A DNA stretch of 64,000 nt. Source: Curvularia clavata. Lineage: Eukaryota. The translations under genes and the position numbers were made by a program. The stretch covers positions 1,488,001 through 1,552,000 of the forward strand of contig CP089275.1 of the NCBI GenBank assembly GCA_023920165.1, in the 5' to 3' direction. Below the pieces are notes generated by a model. It was not told the DNA's origin. It did not search any database and saw only the letters and a list, made by a program, of their open reading frames with translations. This document shows, one piece after another, positions 38,901 through 52,171 of this stretch. Each line of letters begins with the position of its first letter. Position 1 is the first letter of the stretch.

Positions 38901-40354
38901 TGCTGGATCATCATGGGAGCGTTGCGAGGCCGATCTGCCGCACATCCGCTGGGCTGGGTACAGCCCACAAAGTAGCCCTTCCATCACATCCGAATCCGAG
39001 TGCGACGGAACAAAGACCGACTTCACAACAAAAGTTCCTATTACTAGCGCAGTAGAGGAACCATGGTACAAGTTGGTGCCCTGCATGACTTCTCAACTCC
39101 GAGTGCCTTGGCCTCGACAACGTGTCGTGACTTTAGGAGCCGCAGGCAAGCCCACTCATCAAACACTGCGAGTCTTGGGAGCTGCTCTAGCCACCCGCTC
39201 GTTGCTTCTAGTTCTGCATCGCCACAGCTAGAACAACAGCCTAGCATTTACAGCCGAGGCGCCCGTGATTTGGTCCGGTGAGCAAAAGTCACCACTAACT
39301 GTGACGCACCCATGTGCAAATCAGGTCTTTGACGATGCAGCTCCGAGGCTTAGCTGAAAATCGGCTATCCAACCGAGACTTGACTAGAGGAAACAATGTG
39401 GGGAATGAAACGCTTTACTGCTATTTTCTACCCGTATGGCATCATATAGTGCACATCTTCCTAGTTGTGCACTTGCAACATGTTTGCCGAGAGGCGAGTA
39501 GCTGAGTGCGCAAGAGTCTGGCCTCGGCCAGCCGAAAAAGCTTATCGCTGCTCAAACGTTAGTCTGAACACTGCATCCCGAATGGGCTCGCTGGCACCCG
39601 TGTAGGGAAATACATACCTGTACCCCTGAAGGAAACTATCGATATAGTAAACAATGGCCTGTCGGCTAGTTGCTTTCGGCTAGCTGCACTCCCCAAAACG
39701 CCAACCGAACGGGCAAAAATAGCTAGACTTTCGCTCCATGACTCGCTTCCACCACGACAATACGGAATCAGGAGAAAACAACACTGCAAACACCAAGGAT
39801 CCAGCAAGAGTTGGAAGCAACGTTTCCAGCAGCAGGATGCCGGGGTAGTGGTTCTCAACATTGTCTTATCGCACCCCCTGTTGCTGATCCTGTCGCGCCG
39901 ATACCTTTATGAGTTGTTCTTTCAAAGGCAGCACGAATTGTTACTGCTGGAGGATAATGCAGTTTGAACCGCAAGGCTGTGTTGACCACGACTAGTTGGT
40001 GATATCGTTTCTGTACCTGCATGTGCTTCTGCAAGCGCGCGGCGACTACACCACAGGTATGACAATTCATCCGGGCCTAAGTTAAAGTTCAGCAGACTAG
40101 TGCCTCCAGCTACCGCCACCAAATCCAGCCACAAGAAGGACCGAACCTACCGGCAATGTTTGTGGCTCCACCCATGACATGGATCCGGATCAGTAGTCGA
40201 AAAATCGAGGCGTCGAGATTGAGCACGACTTGTTGTATATAAGACCATAGGGACACGGCTCAACATCTCATCATCAGCACTGGTCTTCACCATTCTCACG
40301 ATCGTTCTCACATCTAATACATTCTCCACAATCGTTCCCAAACGCTCTCTCGCT

Positions 40355-41809
40355 ATGCGTTCTTACCACCTTCTCGTGGCTTCGGCTGCCTTCGTTGCAG
40401 CCTCGCCTGCCCCCCAGGGTCTTGCCTTTGACCAGCTTGATGCCATCACCAACAGCGTTCCTCAGGGTCCCAAGGTTGGCGTTGAGGCTCCAGTTGTTGC
40501 TCAAGCCGATGTTTACGACGCAAAGGCGGCTATCAATGCTGCTGCCGCAAAGGTTGCTGGTCCTGCTCAAGCCCAGCAGGCCAAGAGGGACCTGAACGCC
40601 CGCAGCCCGACCTTCTGGAACTGGTTCCCCCAAGCCCAGACATACAACAAGCCCCAGCCCCAGCCCCAGTACGGCAACAACAGCCCACCACCGGCACCTA
40701 ACCCAGTTTATGGAGGAGGCCCAGGTGCTGGCCCTACACCCTCAAAGAATGCTCCCCCACCATCGGGCCCTGCCCCTACTCCTGCCCCTACTCCTGGCAA
40801 CGCTCTGCCTCCTCAGGGCGCGTCGTCGACTAACCAGGCCCCATCCTCTTGCACTCCAGTCAGCTGGACCAACACCTGGGCTTTCACTGCTGACCCCGCC
40901 TGTGCTACTCAGATCGAGGTCGGCACCTACTGTGGATTCATCAACCCACTTGACCCTTGCGCTGCTCAGCCCAACGCCTACGCTCCCAACACCACGCCCG
41001 ACACTGTCGATGCCTTCAAGAACAACCCCGTCTACCACAAGATGGCCACTTCTGCCAAGACTCCCGATGGCTGGGAGAGCGCTTTCACTGACCTGAGCGG
41101 CTCCGTTACCGGCAGCGGATACCTTGGATACTTCGAGATGACCAGCTACGACCCTCTTACCTGCGCCAAGAAGTGCGACGACACCAAGACCTGCACTGGT
41201 TTCAACGTCTTCGTTGAGCGTGACCCCAAGTGGAACCCTGAGCAGTGCTCCTGCGACAAGGCCGACTCTGTTGCCCGCTTCAAGTGCACTCTCTGGGGTC
41301 AGGACGTCACCAAGGAGTCTGCCACCAACGTCGGTCAGACCCAGTCTGGCTTCGAGGTCATCATTGTCGCCTCCAACGGATACAACAAGAAGGCTTACAC
41401 TCCTCCTCCCCCACCTTCCTGCAGCAAGCCCCAGTCTTGCGGCCGCAAGCTTGTCAACAAGCAGCCCTACTGCATGGGTCAGATCACTATCCCCGGTCCC
41501 TTCAACCCCGACCTCTGCGCTGCCTATGCTCAGAAGCAGAACGAAGTCAACCGCAAGTCCGGCATCATTGCTCAGTGGATGTCGCTCTTTGGCTTCAACA
41601 AGGGCGGCTGCGTCCAGTTCCAGGCTGCTTACCTTGAGAAGAACGGCATCGGTTTCGGTACCCACTGCCGTCTCTACACTCAGAAGTTCACTTCCATCAA
41701 CGCTGACCTCGACATCAGCGTCAGCTCCCAGAACAAGTGGGGCTGCCAGAAGTCCTTCCTCTTTGACCTCGATGTCAACGCCAGCTTCAACTGGGGTCGT
41801 CGTGCCTAA
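40355..41809 (+). CDS. Secreted Pro-rich, Cys-rich protein with PAN/apple-like module(s)
   Basis: 484-aa ORF with signal peptide, KR (Kex2-like) site, Pro-rich linker and CAKKCDDTKTCTGFNVFVERDP; strong C-ending codon bias. Confidence 0.85.
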   Translation: MRSYHLLVASAAFVAASPAPQGLAFDQLDAITNSVPQGPKVGVEAPVVAQADVYDAKAAINAAAAKVAGPAQAQQAKRDLNARSPTFWNWFPQAQTYNKPQPQPQYGNNSPPPAPNPVYGGGPGAGPTPSKNAPPPSGPAPTPAPTPGNALPPQGASSTNQAPSSCTPVSWTNTWAFTADPACATQIEVGTYCGFINPLDPCAAQPNAYAPNTTPDTVDAFKNNPVYHKMATSAKTPDGWESAFTDLSGSVTGSGYLGYFEMTSYDPLTCAKKCDDTKTCTGFNVFVERDPKWNPEQCSCDKADSVARFKCTLWGQDVTKESATNVGQTQSGFEVIIVASNGYNKKAYTPPPPPSCSKPQSCGRKLVNKQPYCMGQITIPGPFNPDLCAAYAQKQNEVNRKSGIIAQWMSLFGFNKGGCVQFQAAYLEKNGIGFGTHCRLYTQKFTSINADLDISVSSQNKWGCQKSFLFDLDVNASFNWGRRA

Positions 41810-42866
41810 ACACCATAACACCCTTGTACTACTGATGTTCCGACTTTCACGAAACATGAGTGGGATGCTAATGAGTAATAATATATCGTCCCTGGGTAGT
41901 CTTCATGGTTTGGGAGTTTTCTGTTCCCATACTCTTTGTACATAACTGTTTGGCTTTACAATTGGGTCTTTGCTGGCCCCTCGCATAGTCACTCCTTAAA
42001 ATCGTTTAGCATATTCATAGTGGTAATGTAAGAATACTGGTTTCACCAAATTTTAAATGTGCCTTTGTTGTGAGTCGCGAGTGTTTCCAAGTGGTCGAAA
42101 AATGTTGCATCACTGCTCGCTAACAACCAAGTGACAACTTGATGGTGACATCTTTTCTCTAGCATCATATCAGCCTCAACGCGGTTAATATGTTGTTGCA
42201 AAAAAAGACGCGGTTGACTTTTGCCGCTCAAGTTTGGGCAGCCATTATGTCAGCAGAAGTCAGGCTTCGTTGGTGCCAAACAAGGAAGGAGGGCTTCTAA
42301 AGCGAGTTTTAGTAGCCCAGAATGCCGGGACGCGCGTGCCCCACAGCGCGTGATCGGGTGGTACGGGCGGGGAACGGTACGCTCGCCTTGTATACACACC
42401 ACCATTACGCGCTTCTAGAATGACGGGAATTCGAAAAAGAAGGGCGTCCGGGATTAAATACGGCTTATGTCTTTGGCGCACCTGGGTTGTGGCGGTCGAC
42501 AGCGTAAGGCGGGTATGGTGGTACGACAAGAGGGGGCGGGAACCTGAGTTCAAACGTGGGGTAGGGTGTCAAGCAAGGAGGGGAGTGATTGAAAGTGCGG
42601 GGAAGCTGATGCCCCCCGTTTCATCTGATTCGATAGGAGGCAATGCGAACGTATCCGCGGGACGCGGCCCAAAGGTACGTACCACCCCTTATGTACCTTC
42701 GAGGGTGAGTTGACAACCGTGGCACCTTTTCAGTGCTCACTTACACGGTCCTTTTTGCAAGTCTCCTACTGCCATCTTTTTGCTATTCTTTTCAGGAACA
42801 AGACAGCCAGCAGATGCGGGTACCGGGCTTCTTCTCCTCTCTTTGCTTGCCCTCGTTCAAGACAGC

Positions 42867-45800
42867 ATGAGGTCCTCAGCAAACTGTCTCGCCGGGTGCA
42901 GGACAGCCGTTTGTCCGCCGCGGGGCAGCGTGCTTGCTGCCTTGAAGCCACCAGTCGTCAGATCAACGCCTGTGTTTCGACGACAGATCCGCTCCAAGCA
43001 CAACGGGATCCAAGTTGGTACTACTGGCGTACGCAGCCTTAGCCGTCCGCTCCCGCTGTCCCTGCAGAAGCATGTCTCGCAGATTACTGCTGTTGCGCGC
43101 TATGCATCCCATGCACCGGAGCCACACGACGAGGAATTGCCTACCTCACCGCCTTTCTCTGCAGGTCCGTATGCGAATTTAACCATTGGTGTGCCAAAGG
43201 AAAGCTTTCCCGGCGAGAGGCGTGTAGCCATTACGCCACAGAATGTGAAGCTACTTCTCAAAAAAGGTTTCTCGCGCGTCTTGGTCGAGCGGGGTGCGGG
43301 GGCAGAGGCTCAGTTCGTAGATGAAGCGTACGAACAAGCTGGTGCCCACGTCGTAGACCGCCGAAGTGTCTTCTTACAAAGCGACATCTTGCTCAAGGTG
43401 CGAGCGCTTAGCATCGATGGGAAGGATAGTGAGGTCGACTCCATCCGAGAGGGTGCTACTGTCATTTCCATGCTCTACCCCGTGCAGAACCGACCAACTG
43501 TTGAACGTCTAGCCTCCCGAAAGGCGACCGCGTTTGCCATGGATATGGTTCCTCGAATTTCTCGAGCCCAGGTTTTCGATGCTTTGAGTTCCATGGCAAA
43601 TATTGCTGGCTACAAAGCTGTTTTGGAGGCCTCGAATCACTTTGGACGCTTTCTCACTGGTCAAGTCACTGCTGCTGGAAAAATTCCTCCTTGCAAAGTT
43701 CTCGTTATTGGAGCTGGTGTCGCGGGTTTGAGTGCTATTGCTACTGTCAGTATATTCTTAGTCCAAGGAGGAATAACACTAACGCCCCAAAAATAGGCTC
43801 ACCGCATGGGAGCCATAGTCCGTGGTTTTGATACTCGCTCCGCTGCACGTGAGCAGGTCCAGTCTCTTGGGGCTGAGTTCATTGAAGTCGACATCAAAGA
43901 GGACGGATCTGGTGCCGGCGGTTATGCCAAAGTAATGTCCAAGGAATTCATCGAAGCCGAAATGAAGCTGTTCTACGAACAGTGCCGAGAAGTCGATATC
44001 GTGATTACCACAGCTCTGATCCCAGGAAAGCCCGCCCCTAAACTCATTACCAAGGCTATGCTCGGTGCAATGAAACCCGGCTCGGTCGTGGTTGATTTGG
44101 CCGCCGAGGCTGGCGGCAATTGCGAAGCTACTGTTCCTGGACAGCTGATCAAATACGAAGGAGTCAATGTCATCGGTGGGTGACGATACATGCTGAAGGT
44201 GTTCGCTGCTGATTCAGTGCCTAGGCTATACCGACCTTCCATCTCGTTTGCCTACTCAGTCATCCACTCTTTACTCGAACAATGTGACCAAGTTTCTGCT
44301 CTCACTGACCCCGAAAGACAAGAAAGATAAGTACTACGACGTTGATCTTACCGATGAAGTCACCCGCGGAGCTATCGTTACCTACAACGGCCAGATTCTG
44401 CCTCCAGCTCCGCGTCCTGCTCCTCCACCAGTTCAGGCTAAGCCAGCCCCGTCGCCAGCTGACCAGGACGCAAACGTCGTCGCTCTAACGCCATGGCAAA
44501 CCCAGACTAGACAGGTAGCAACTGTGACGGCTGGTATGACTACTGCTCTTGCCCTCGGAAAGCTTACCGGCCCACTGTTTATGTCCAACGCATTTACATT
44601 CGCTCTGGCCAGTCTTATTGGATACCGCGTCGTATGGGGAGTGGCACCAGCACTGGTACGTAATCTTTATACTGAAGTCAAGCAGGAGGCGATTACTAAC
44701 GTCATGAACCTGAACTTAGCATTCCCCATTGATGAGTGTGACGAATGCAATTTCTGGAATGGTAGGTGTAGGAGGTCTCTTCGTCATGGGTGGCGGGTAC
44801 CTGCCGGAAACGATTCCCCAGACGCTCGGTGCCTTGTCGGTCCTACTCGCTTTTGTCAACGTATCTGGAGGCTTTGTTATCTCGAAGAGGATGCTAGATA
44901 TGTTCCGGCGCCCCACGGACCCGAAGGAGTATCCTTGGCTGTATGCTATCCCTGCAGCTTTGTTCGGCGGCGGCTACATAGCAGCCGCCTCAACTGGTAT
45001 GGCTGGTCTTGTCCAAGCAGGCTACCTTGTCAGTAGCCTTCTCTGTATGACTTCGTTGTCAGGGTTGGCATCACAGACCACGGCTCGTCGTGGGAACATT
45101 CTGGGTATACTCGGTGTGTTCTCTGGTATCCTGGCGTCGCTGGCAGCCGTTGGCTTTACCACCGATGTACTTACTCAATTCGCTGGATTGGCCACTGTCG
45201 GTACTGTCGCTGGACTTGTGATTGGACGGCGAATAACTCCAACATCCCTTCCGCAGACAGTGGCAGCGCTACACTCGGTTGTTGGTCTTGCTGCCGTTCT
45301 CACCAGTATCGGCAGTGTCCTTGAGCACACTGGCGAGATTTCGACTCTCCACATGGTTTCTGCGTACTTGGGTGTCCTCATCGGTGGAGTCACATTCACT
45401 GGATCGATTGTAGCCTTCCTAAAGCTGGCCGCAAAGATGAGCTCGAAACCATTAGCACTGCCTGGTCGACATGTCATCAACAGTTCACTTCTGGGGGCAA
45501 ATTTTGCGACCATGGGAGCATTCCTGGCTTACGCACCAGGTGCACCTATGATAGGTGCGGCATGTCTTGTTGGCAACGCTGTTCTATCGTTCATCAAGGG
45601 ATATACCACCACGGCTGCCATCGGTGGAGCCGACATGCCTGTGGTCATCACGGTTCTGAACGCATACTCGGGCTTTGCCCTCGTTGCTGAAGGCTTCATG
45701 CTTGACAACTCATTGCTGACAACCATTGGTGCACTCATTGGTGTATCCGGTTCCATCCTTTCCTACATCATGTGCGTGGCCATGAACCGGTCATTGACTA

Positions 45801-46449
45801 ATGTGTTGTTTGGCGGCATAGCGCCAACAGCCCAGGCACAATCGGCGGTTGAGGGAGAGATAACCAAGACGACAGCCGAGGAGACGGCCGACTCGCTTGT
45901 CAACGCAGAGAATGTCATCATCGTTGTAGGCTACGGAATGGCCGTGGCCAAGGCGCAATACGCATTGGCTGAGTTTGTGAGTATGCTGCGTGCAAAGGGC
46001 GTCAATGTCCGATTCGCCATCCACCCGGTTGCAGGACGGATGCCTGGTCAATGCAACGTTCTTCTAGCCGAAGCCAGTGTTCCGTACGACATTGTCCTGG
46101 AAATGGACGAGATCAACGACGATTTTGCGGACACGGACGTAACGCTCGTGATTGGGGCAAACGATACGGTAAACCCAATCGCTCTGGAGCCAGGCAGCGC
46201 GATTGCAGGCATGCCGGTCTTGCACGCATGGAAGAGCAAGCAAGTCGTCATCATGAAGCGCGGTATGGCCAGTGGATATGCGGATGTGCCGAACCCGATG
46301 TTCTTTATGGAGAATACCAAGATGTTGTTTGGCGACGCCAACGACAGCTGCAATGGTAAGTACTCGGGCCATGACTGTGAGTGAAGCATATGCTAACGAC
46401 AAGGTCAGCTATCAAGCGCGCGCTGGAGGAGAAGATCAAAGGATTGTAG
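42867..46449 (+). CDS. NNT: Mitochondrial proton-translocating NAD(P) transhydrogenase (fused alpha-beta)
   Basis: Exons 42867-43745, 43797-44175, 44225-44655, 44720-46355, 46409-46449. Presequence, [59 protein letters not shown]. Confidence 0.97.
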
Positions 46450-47763
46450 GTGGGGACGTTGGGGGGGCACCCTGGGGGGATATCTCTGGTTAGATAACTA
46501 GTGGGTTTTGAACTTTTCGCATATCTTGCATAAATGGCGAAGCGCCAATCTTGAGGCTCGGCCTATGTGAAACCGCAGTGACGGCATATTACCAGCCCCC
46601 TTGCGAAAGCCCAGGAAAAAAAAAAGGGCCAGCCATATGGCCGCTGAAGTTTGTTTTCTTTTCGGAGAGAGGCCATGGCATGGCTGTTGCAGCGATGCGT
46701 GACCCTGTTCGCGTGTGCGAGCCGTGTTCCCGTGACTGCTAATAATTGTGCTTGGCGACACTACTTTGCTAGTGGAAGCATGGGACCATCAGCGCTGCTG
46801 TGTCAGTGGCATGTCGTAGACGGCAATTCTTCGCGGCGCAGTCTGGCAGTCTGGCAGTCGGGAGGCAGTCTCGGCACGTCGTGACCTGTTGACCAGTAGC
46901 CTGCATGAAGGCGGTTCCGCGCATGCACAAGAGGGCCATGGTGACGATGATGCAGTAGGCGGGACCGCGGGCGAAAAGAAGCTAGCGTGACTGCCTCATC
47001 GGCAACAGATGGCAACTTCTGTCACCGTCCCAACCTGCCAGCATCTTGTACCCCTCACCGTTTTCTATACTCCAGACACTCGTCCGATAGATTCAGCACG
47101 CAGACGGCCTCGAGGCCCGGTCGCCCTGCGCAGCGCGAACCCGCCGGCCAGCTCGGCGAGGGTGCTGGCCGCCGTGGCAGGGTTGCGAGGCGCCCGGCGC
47201 AGGTGGATCACGTGACGTGGGATTACGGCTGGCGCTTCGTTCCAGATGAGACCCCAAATCGCGTTGCCCGCTAGAGCGTGAGGAGTAAAATCGAGTCCTG
47301 GCAGCTCGGTCTCTCCCACTGCATTGCCCCGGTACAGCCCTCCAGACACCCACTCGAGCCCCATACCATGTTCCTGTCGCAAGCTGGTATTCCGTTCCAG
47401 TCGTCAATCTACCATCCTCGCGTCGCCCTTTGAAAGCTCGTCGAGCTTTTGGCCCGCTCTCTCCGCACCTGCACCCTCACAGCTGCGCTCCCGTACACGC
47501 CCACTGTCGCCCGCTCGAGAGCGCCTGTTGCGCGACGCTGCCCGCCTTGCCATTGGGCCCGCCCCATCTTTGTTCTCTTCTCTCTCGCTCCCATCGGTCC
47601 CTCCTCTCTGCTCGTCCTTCCCGCCTCCTACCACGTCTGGCCGCACGCCCTCGCTGGCGCACCCAACACTATCCACCTTACGACCTCCCGCCTCGCTGCC
47701 GCCTCGCTCCCTCCTGTAGTCCTCAGCTATCGCTCCTAGACGCCCGAGGCAGCTACATACGCA

Positions 47764-49692
47764 ATGTCGCCGCGACGCTCATCGCGGGCCCGTACCACCC
47801 AGCCCCCACCCAGCGGCGCAACACACAGCAGCAACTCCTCATCCTCTGTCTCATCATCGCGTACCGATCGTGCGTCACGAACCAACGCCAAACAGACCTC
47901 ACCCCCCAAGTCGTCCACCCCGCACTCGCTTTCCTCGGAAGAGCCCGAAGAGGCACTTCACGATGCACAGCCCGAGCCGCCCTTGACACGCCGACGAACG
48001 CGCGAGCACGACATGGACGAAGACGAACCCACCAAGCTCGATGACGACCTCGACGATGAGATAGCCGAAGAAGATGAGGTCACTCGATGCGTCTGTGGCT
48101 ACCAAGATTACCCGGGCCCCCCATCCGACACTGTCAAGCCGGGCATGTCCTTGGCAGATTTGGAGGCTCAAGCTGATGAACTCGGCGGCCTCTTTATTCA
48201 ATGCGACGTCTGCAAGGTATGGCAACACGGTGGATGCGTAGGCATCATGGATGAAGCTGCCAGCCCAGACGAATACTTCTGCGAGGAGTGCAGAAAGGAT
48301 CTCCACAAGGTCTCGACAAGTCCAAAAGGGTGCGTATTTGCTCTCATTTATATTCTGCACCGCGTTCAGACGCGATCATGATGACTCTCGCTATTCCTTT
48401 TCGTTCCCCTTTGGTCCGCGAAGAGGCAGAAATAGCTAACAAGATCATTCCAATAGCCAAAAATACTCCCGCTACCTCCCTGTCTACGACCAACAACACG
48501 GCAAGCATCGTAAATCGTCAGTCTCCAAAGAATCCGAAAGCAATTCGGCGAGGGACAAGGATCGGAACAACAGAGCCAGCGTGGATTCCTTTGGGAAGCG
48601 CAGGTCAACTATGAACAGTCGAGCTGCATACGACGAAGATGAGGTCCTACGAAAAGTGCTTGAAGAAAGCAGGCACGAGGGCGGGGCGTCCTCAGAGAAT
48701 GGAAATCGCAAGAAGCGAAGTCGTGATGATAGTGAAGAGTACGTTTCGCCTACTGAGTCGCAAACTACTGGCATTTTAGCTGACAAGCTTTGCCATAGGA
48801 CAAAACCAGAAGTCAAACGACAGCGCACAAGTTCCCGATCTCCAAGCAATTCACCCGTTTTGGAATCCGAAGACGACAGCACCAAAGCCTCAGCACCAAA
48901 ACAGAAGCCGCGCGGAGCTGCAGCCAAGAGCCAACGAGAAAAGGAGCAGCGCGACAAGGAGCGCGAAAACAGCCGTAACGAAGCCGCCAATAGGCGGAAA
49001 GGCCGCGCTGAGCGCAGAAAGGGTGATGGTAGGACTCGATATGCTATTTGAGAAGTTCCCGGCTAATAGTTGTAGATCCTGAAGATCCAGAGCCTACGCC
49101 CACACCTGCCATAGAAGAACCCACAATGCCTCCGCAAGAGCCCGAGACTACACTTCCCGAACCACCCGTTACGGAACCTAAGCCTGCGCCTGCCCCACGG
49201 AGAGGCGGACGCCCACCGCAGAAGTCGCGAGGTCGACTCGGACGGAATCAATACTCGAGAGACACGGTCCCCGCAACCAATGGCACCTCGCCCAAGAACG
49301 ATGCTGCGCAGTCACCACAAGCCACTGCTACGAACGGCACCAGCAATGGTCATGAAAGCAGTGACGGAACAACGGGGAACAAACCCACCAAGAGCAAGAA
49401 TTGGCGTCTTCAGAAGCTCTCATGGAACGACATACGAAGGCCAGCAGGGGCTATGCAGAGCTACATAGCACAGCGACAAGTCGAGATGGCTATCGTCGAA
49501 AAACACATCAACCTTGCGCCTGCTGTACAACCAGCAGCTCCAGCATCCAACGGAGACACCAAAGACGACGATGCAGAGCTGGCCAAGTTCAAGGATCTGA
49601 GCACAACCCAGATGATGGACTTTTTGAGCCGAGACCTCATGCACTGGCAGCAGATGATATCTGAGCCAACGGATAAGTCACCGAAACCATGA
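47764..49692 (+). CDS. CTI6: PHD-finger protein, Rpd3L histone deacetylase complex subunit Cti6-like
   Basis: Exons 47764-48329, 48457-48738, 48799-49028, 49076-49692. TRCVCG...FIQCDVCKVWQHGGCVGI...YFCEECRKDLH, KRRSTMNSR, C-terminal MMDFLSRDLMHWQQ. Confidence 0.85.
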
Positions 49693-50150
49693 CTTTTTTC
49701 TACACATTGACTACGGGCGTATTGGGACCGCCACCACGGCATGGGCATCTTTCTAGAGCGGCGTTTTTTCCGGCATCATGTTTGAATCTTTTGCTTGCGA
49801 CACGGATACCCTCCACTTGGTTTGCGCGACGCGCTGGAGGAACTAGTGCGTCGACTATTTTTTTCTCTCTTCTCATCATTACTACACGGCTCCACCTCGA
49901 TAGAGCCTTCTCTTTTCTTATGTATTGTACGTAGGGTGCTACTGCCAAATAAATCACGTTGATGCTGGGGAATGCAAATAAAAAAGGGGACGACGCGCTT
50001 GTATGAAAGTAGTGCATAAAATATATCAATGCAACGATTCGAGCATTTTAAGAAAAAAAAAAGACAAACTATGATATGAATTCAATACTTGTGAAAATAA
50101 CATGTAGTTAACGATTTCTTGTGTTTTTCTTTTATCCTGTACGACTACTC

Positions 50151-50393
50151 TCATTCATCCTTACCCAGCTTAATCTCCAACACACCCATGGTGGGATTAC
50201 CCCGCAGCATCTCGACAATGGCGCCAAAATTCTCTTCAGTCACGACTGTGTATTCGGGCCACAGTTTGGCATCGCGGTTCTTCATGTCCCAGTGTATCTT
50301 GAACTCTTGGATCTGCTCGGCTGGACCGTCCTTGGACTTGTGCTTGGCCATGACTTTGGTGGGGGTTAGTTTTATCCTTGATTCTTTGTTGTC

Positions 50394-50425
<32 letters not shown>

Positions 50426-50646
50426 GGCGGAAAGTATGTTATGGGTGTGGAGGTATATGGCAAGACAGAGGCTGAAGGAAAAGGGGGAAACATACATTCG
50501 GCGCAGTTTGGGCTCTGAGCGATGAGTGAAGTGATTTGCTTGTTCAGCGCCTTCAGAGAAGTCTTTGCGCTTGTGTCGATGAGGAGGAATTCGTGGCGGT
50601 TGGAGGGGGGAATGGTGAAGAGGAGGGGGAGGTGCGTGGAAGACAT
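50151..50646 (-). CDS. Small conserved-type hypothetical protein (about 117 aa)
   Basis: Exons 50646-50496 and 50353-50151 join in frame: ...SPNCAE-F-MAKHK...FKIHWD...WPEYTVVTEENFGAIVEML. Confidence 0.75.
50395..50427. repeat. T10-G23 homopolymer tract inside an intron
   Basis: Direct reading: T-run 50395-50404, G-run 50405-50427. Confidence 0.9.
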
Positions 50647-52070
50647 TGTTGGTTTCTCTTTTGACTTTTGTGTTAGGATTGACTTGATGTTAATTCTCTG
50701 TTTCGTTGTGTAGTTTGCGACTGGAGTGTTGACTGGGTTTTTTGAGGATTGGGACGATTGATTCAGGCGAGGTTGAGAGACTGTAAGGGGATTAAAGAAT
50801 GCGGCTGAGTATGAAATCACACGTCAAGTACTTCCCACACCACCCTCCTTCCCTTCGATCCTGTTACGGGATTCCCGCGTTGCGTATTCTTGGTTATCGC
50901 TGCTATTGCATGGCGTGTTATTCAACCCATGTACGTCATAGGGCGCTAATTGGGGAGGCGATCGGCGCGCTCGACAGGGGTGCTTGATTTGCCCCGCTTT
51001 GCTTACATGAAGTGGACTGAGTGGATGCGTGCCTTACATACTTACTGATTGGACGTTTTGAGAGTATGGTAAGACTACATTCAATCTGCATAGCATATGT
51101 CTAAATGCTGTATTAGCTATCTCGAAACATCGCTCATTGATCGCTATCATGTGAATTGTGCGTACGTAAGCCAAGACTACGTTATGCAATCAATATACAA
51201 TCTTCAAAGAGGAACCAATAACACTACTCCACCTTCAAATATGACTATGGTTGTTTTTTGTGATTGATTCAATGATCCGCGGGAGTGACCAAGTCCTGAG
51301 AGACAGACCATGAACCTTGAGTAGTCCAACTACGTAAGAAGTTGTTACTTGTTCAATTGGCCCTTGTCTTAAAAACAAATAAGGTGCCCAGCGTGGGTTC
51401 GGTTGTAACGTTGATGACAAGGACTCAAATCGAAGAAGTTCCATTGTAGTGGATCGTAATGCGGGATAAGGCCGCGATTTACGCAAGGTTTCCACACTTT
51501 GGATTCTTTTTAGTGGCCTTGGTGGTGCTCTTGCCAGCGCGTAGGTCGAGGACACAAGAGCAGTAGTATCATATCCAGCAAGCATACCCACAGATAATGC
51601 TCTACCTACATCTCAACCTAGAAAGATAGTCTCAAAAGACATTGGTGCGTTTATGCGAGATCAACTAGATGTAAATAGCTTGGCACGTTATCCCTATACC
51701 ATACTACAACGTTAGTGCCATTACGGCGTGTGATAACATACTCATACGGCGACCTATCCAGTAACTACTATGCATTTCCCTCAAGAACTTGGTTAGCTAT
51801 TTTCATCGGAACACGGTGACAGCATATATTAGTGTTGAAACCGAAAAGGGGTTGTGTCTAAGGGTCATTGGAACTAACTGATCCTCTTGAGTAACTCATA
51901 TATTCCAAATTCTTTGTGTAATACAAGATCCGAAAACAGAACATGGTCTGCAAGACATTCAATGAGCGATATACCGTTTTCCGCCGGAATCCGAACATGC
52001 CCGATGACGCACCTTCGGCTGAGGGTATGCCAAGCCCACCAATAACAGCCGCAAGCCGAAGCTACTTAGG

Positions 52071-52086
52071 GTCCGACGCGTCGGAC
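52071..52086. promoter_or_regulatory. Perfect 16-bp palindrome GTCCGACGCGTCGGAC (CCG-N6-CGG), candidate Zn2Cys6 binding site
   Basis: Seen 85 bp upstream of the Zn2Cys6 gene ATG; CGG triplets are the established Zn2Cys6 half-site. Confidence 0.5.
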
Positions 52087-52171
52087 GCCCGTCTCAACAC
52101 CACGGAAGCTCCGTCGACCGCATTCCGTCCCCGACTGTCCACAAACGTACCTCAGCTGCCGCAGGCTCGAA

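Noticed and set aside
40742..41857. 371-aa antisense ORF (and the 243-aa alternative-frame ORF at 41214-41945)
   Set aside because: Shadow of the strongly codon-biased secreted-protein gene; no independent protein features.
46839..46877. Short GCAGTCTG tandem repeats
   Set aside because: Only 3-4 degenerate units without spacers; a simple repeat, not CRISPR-like.
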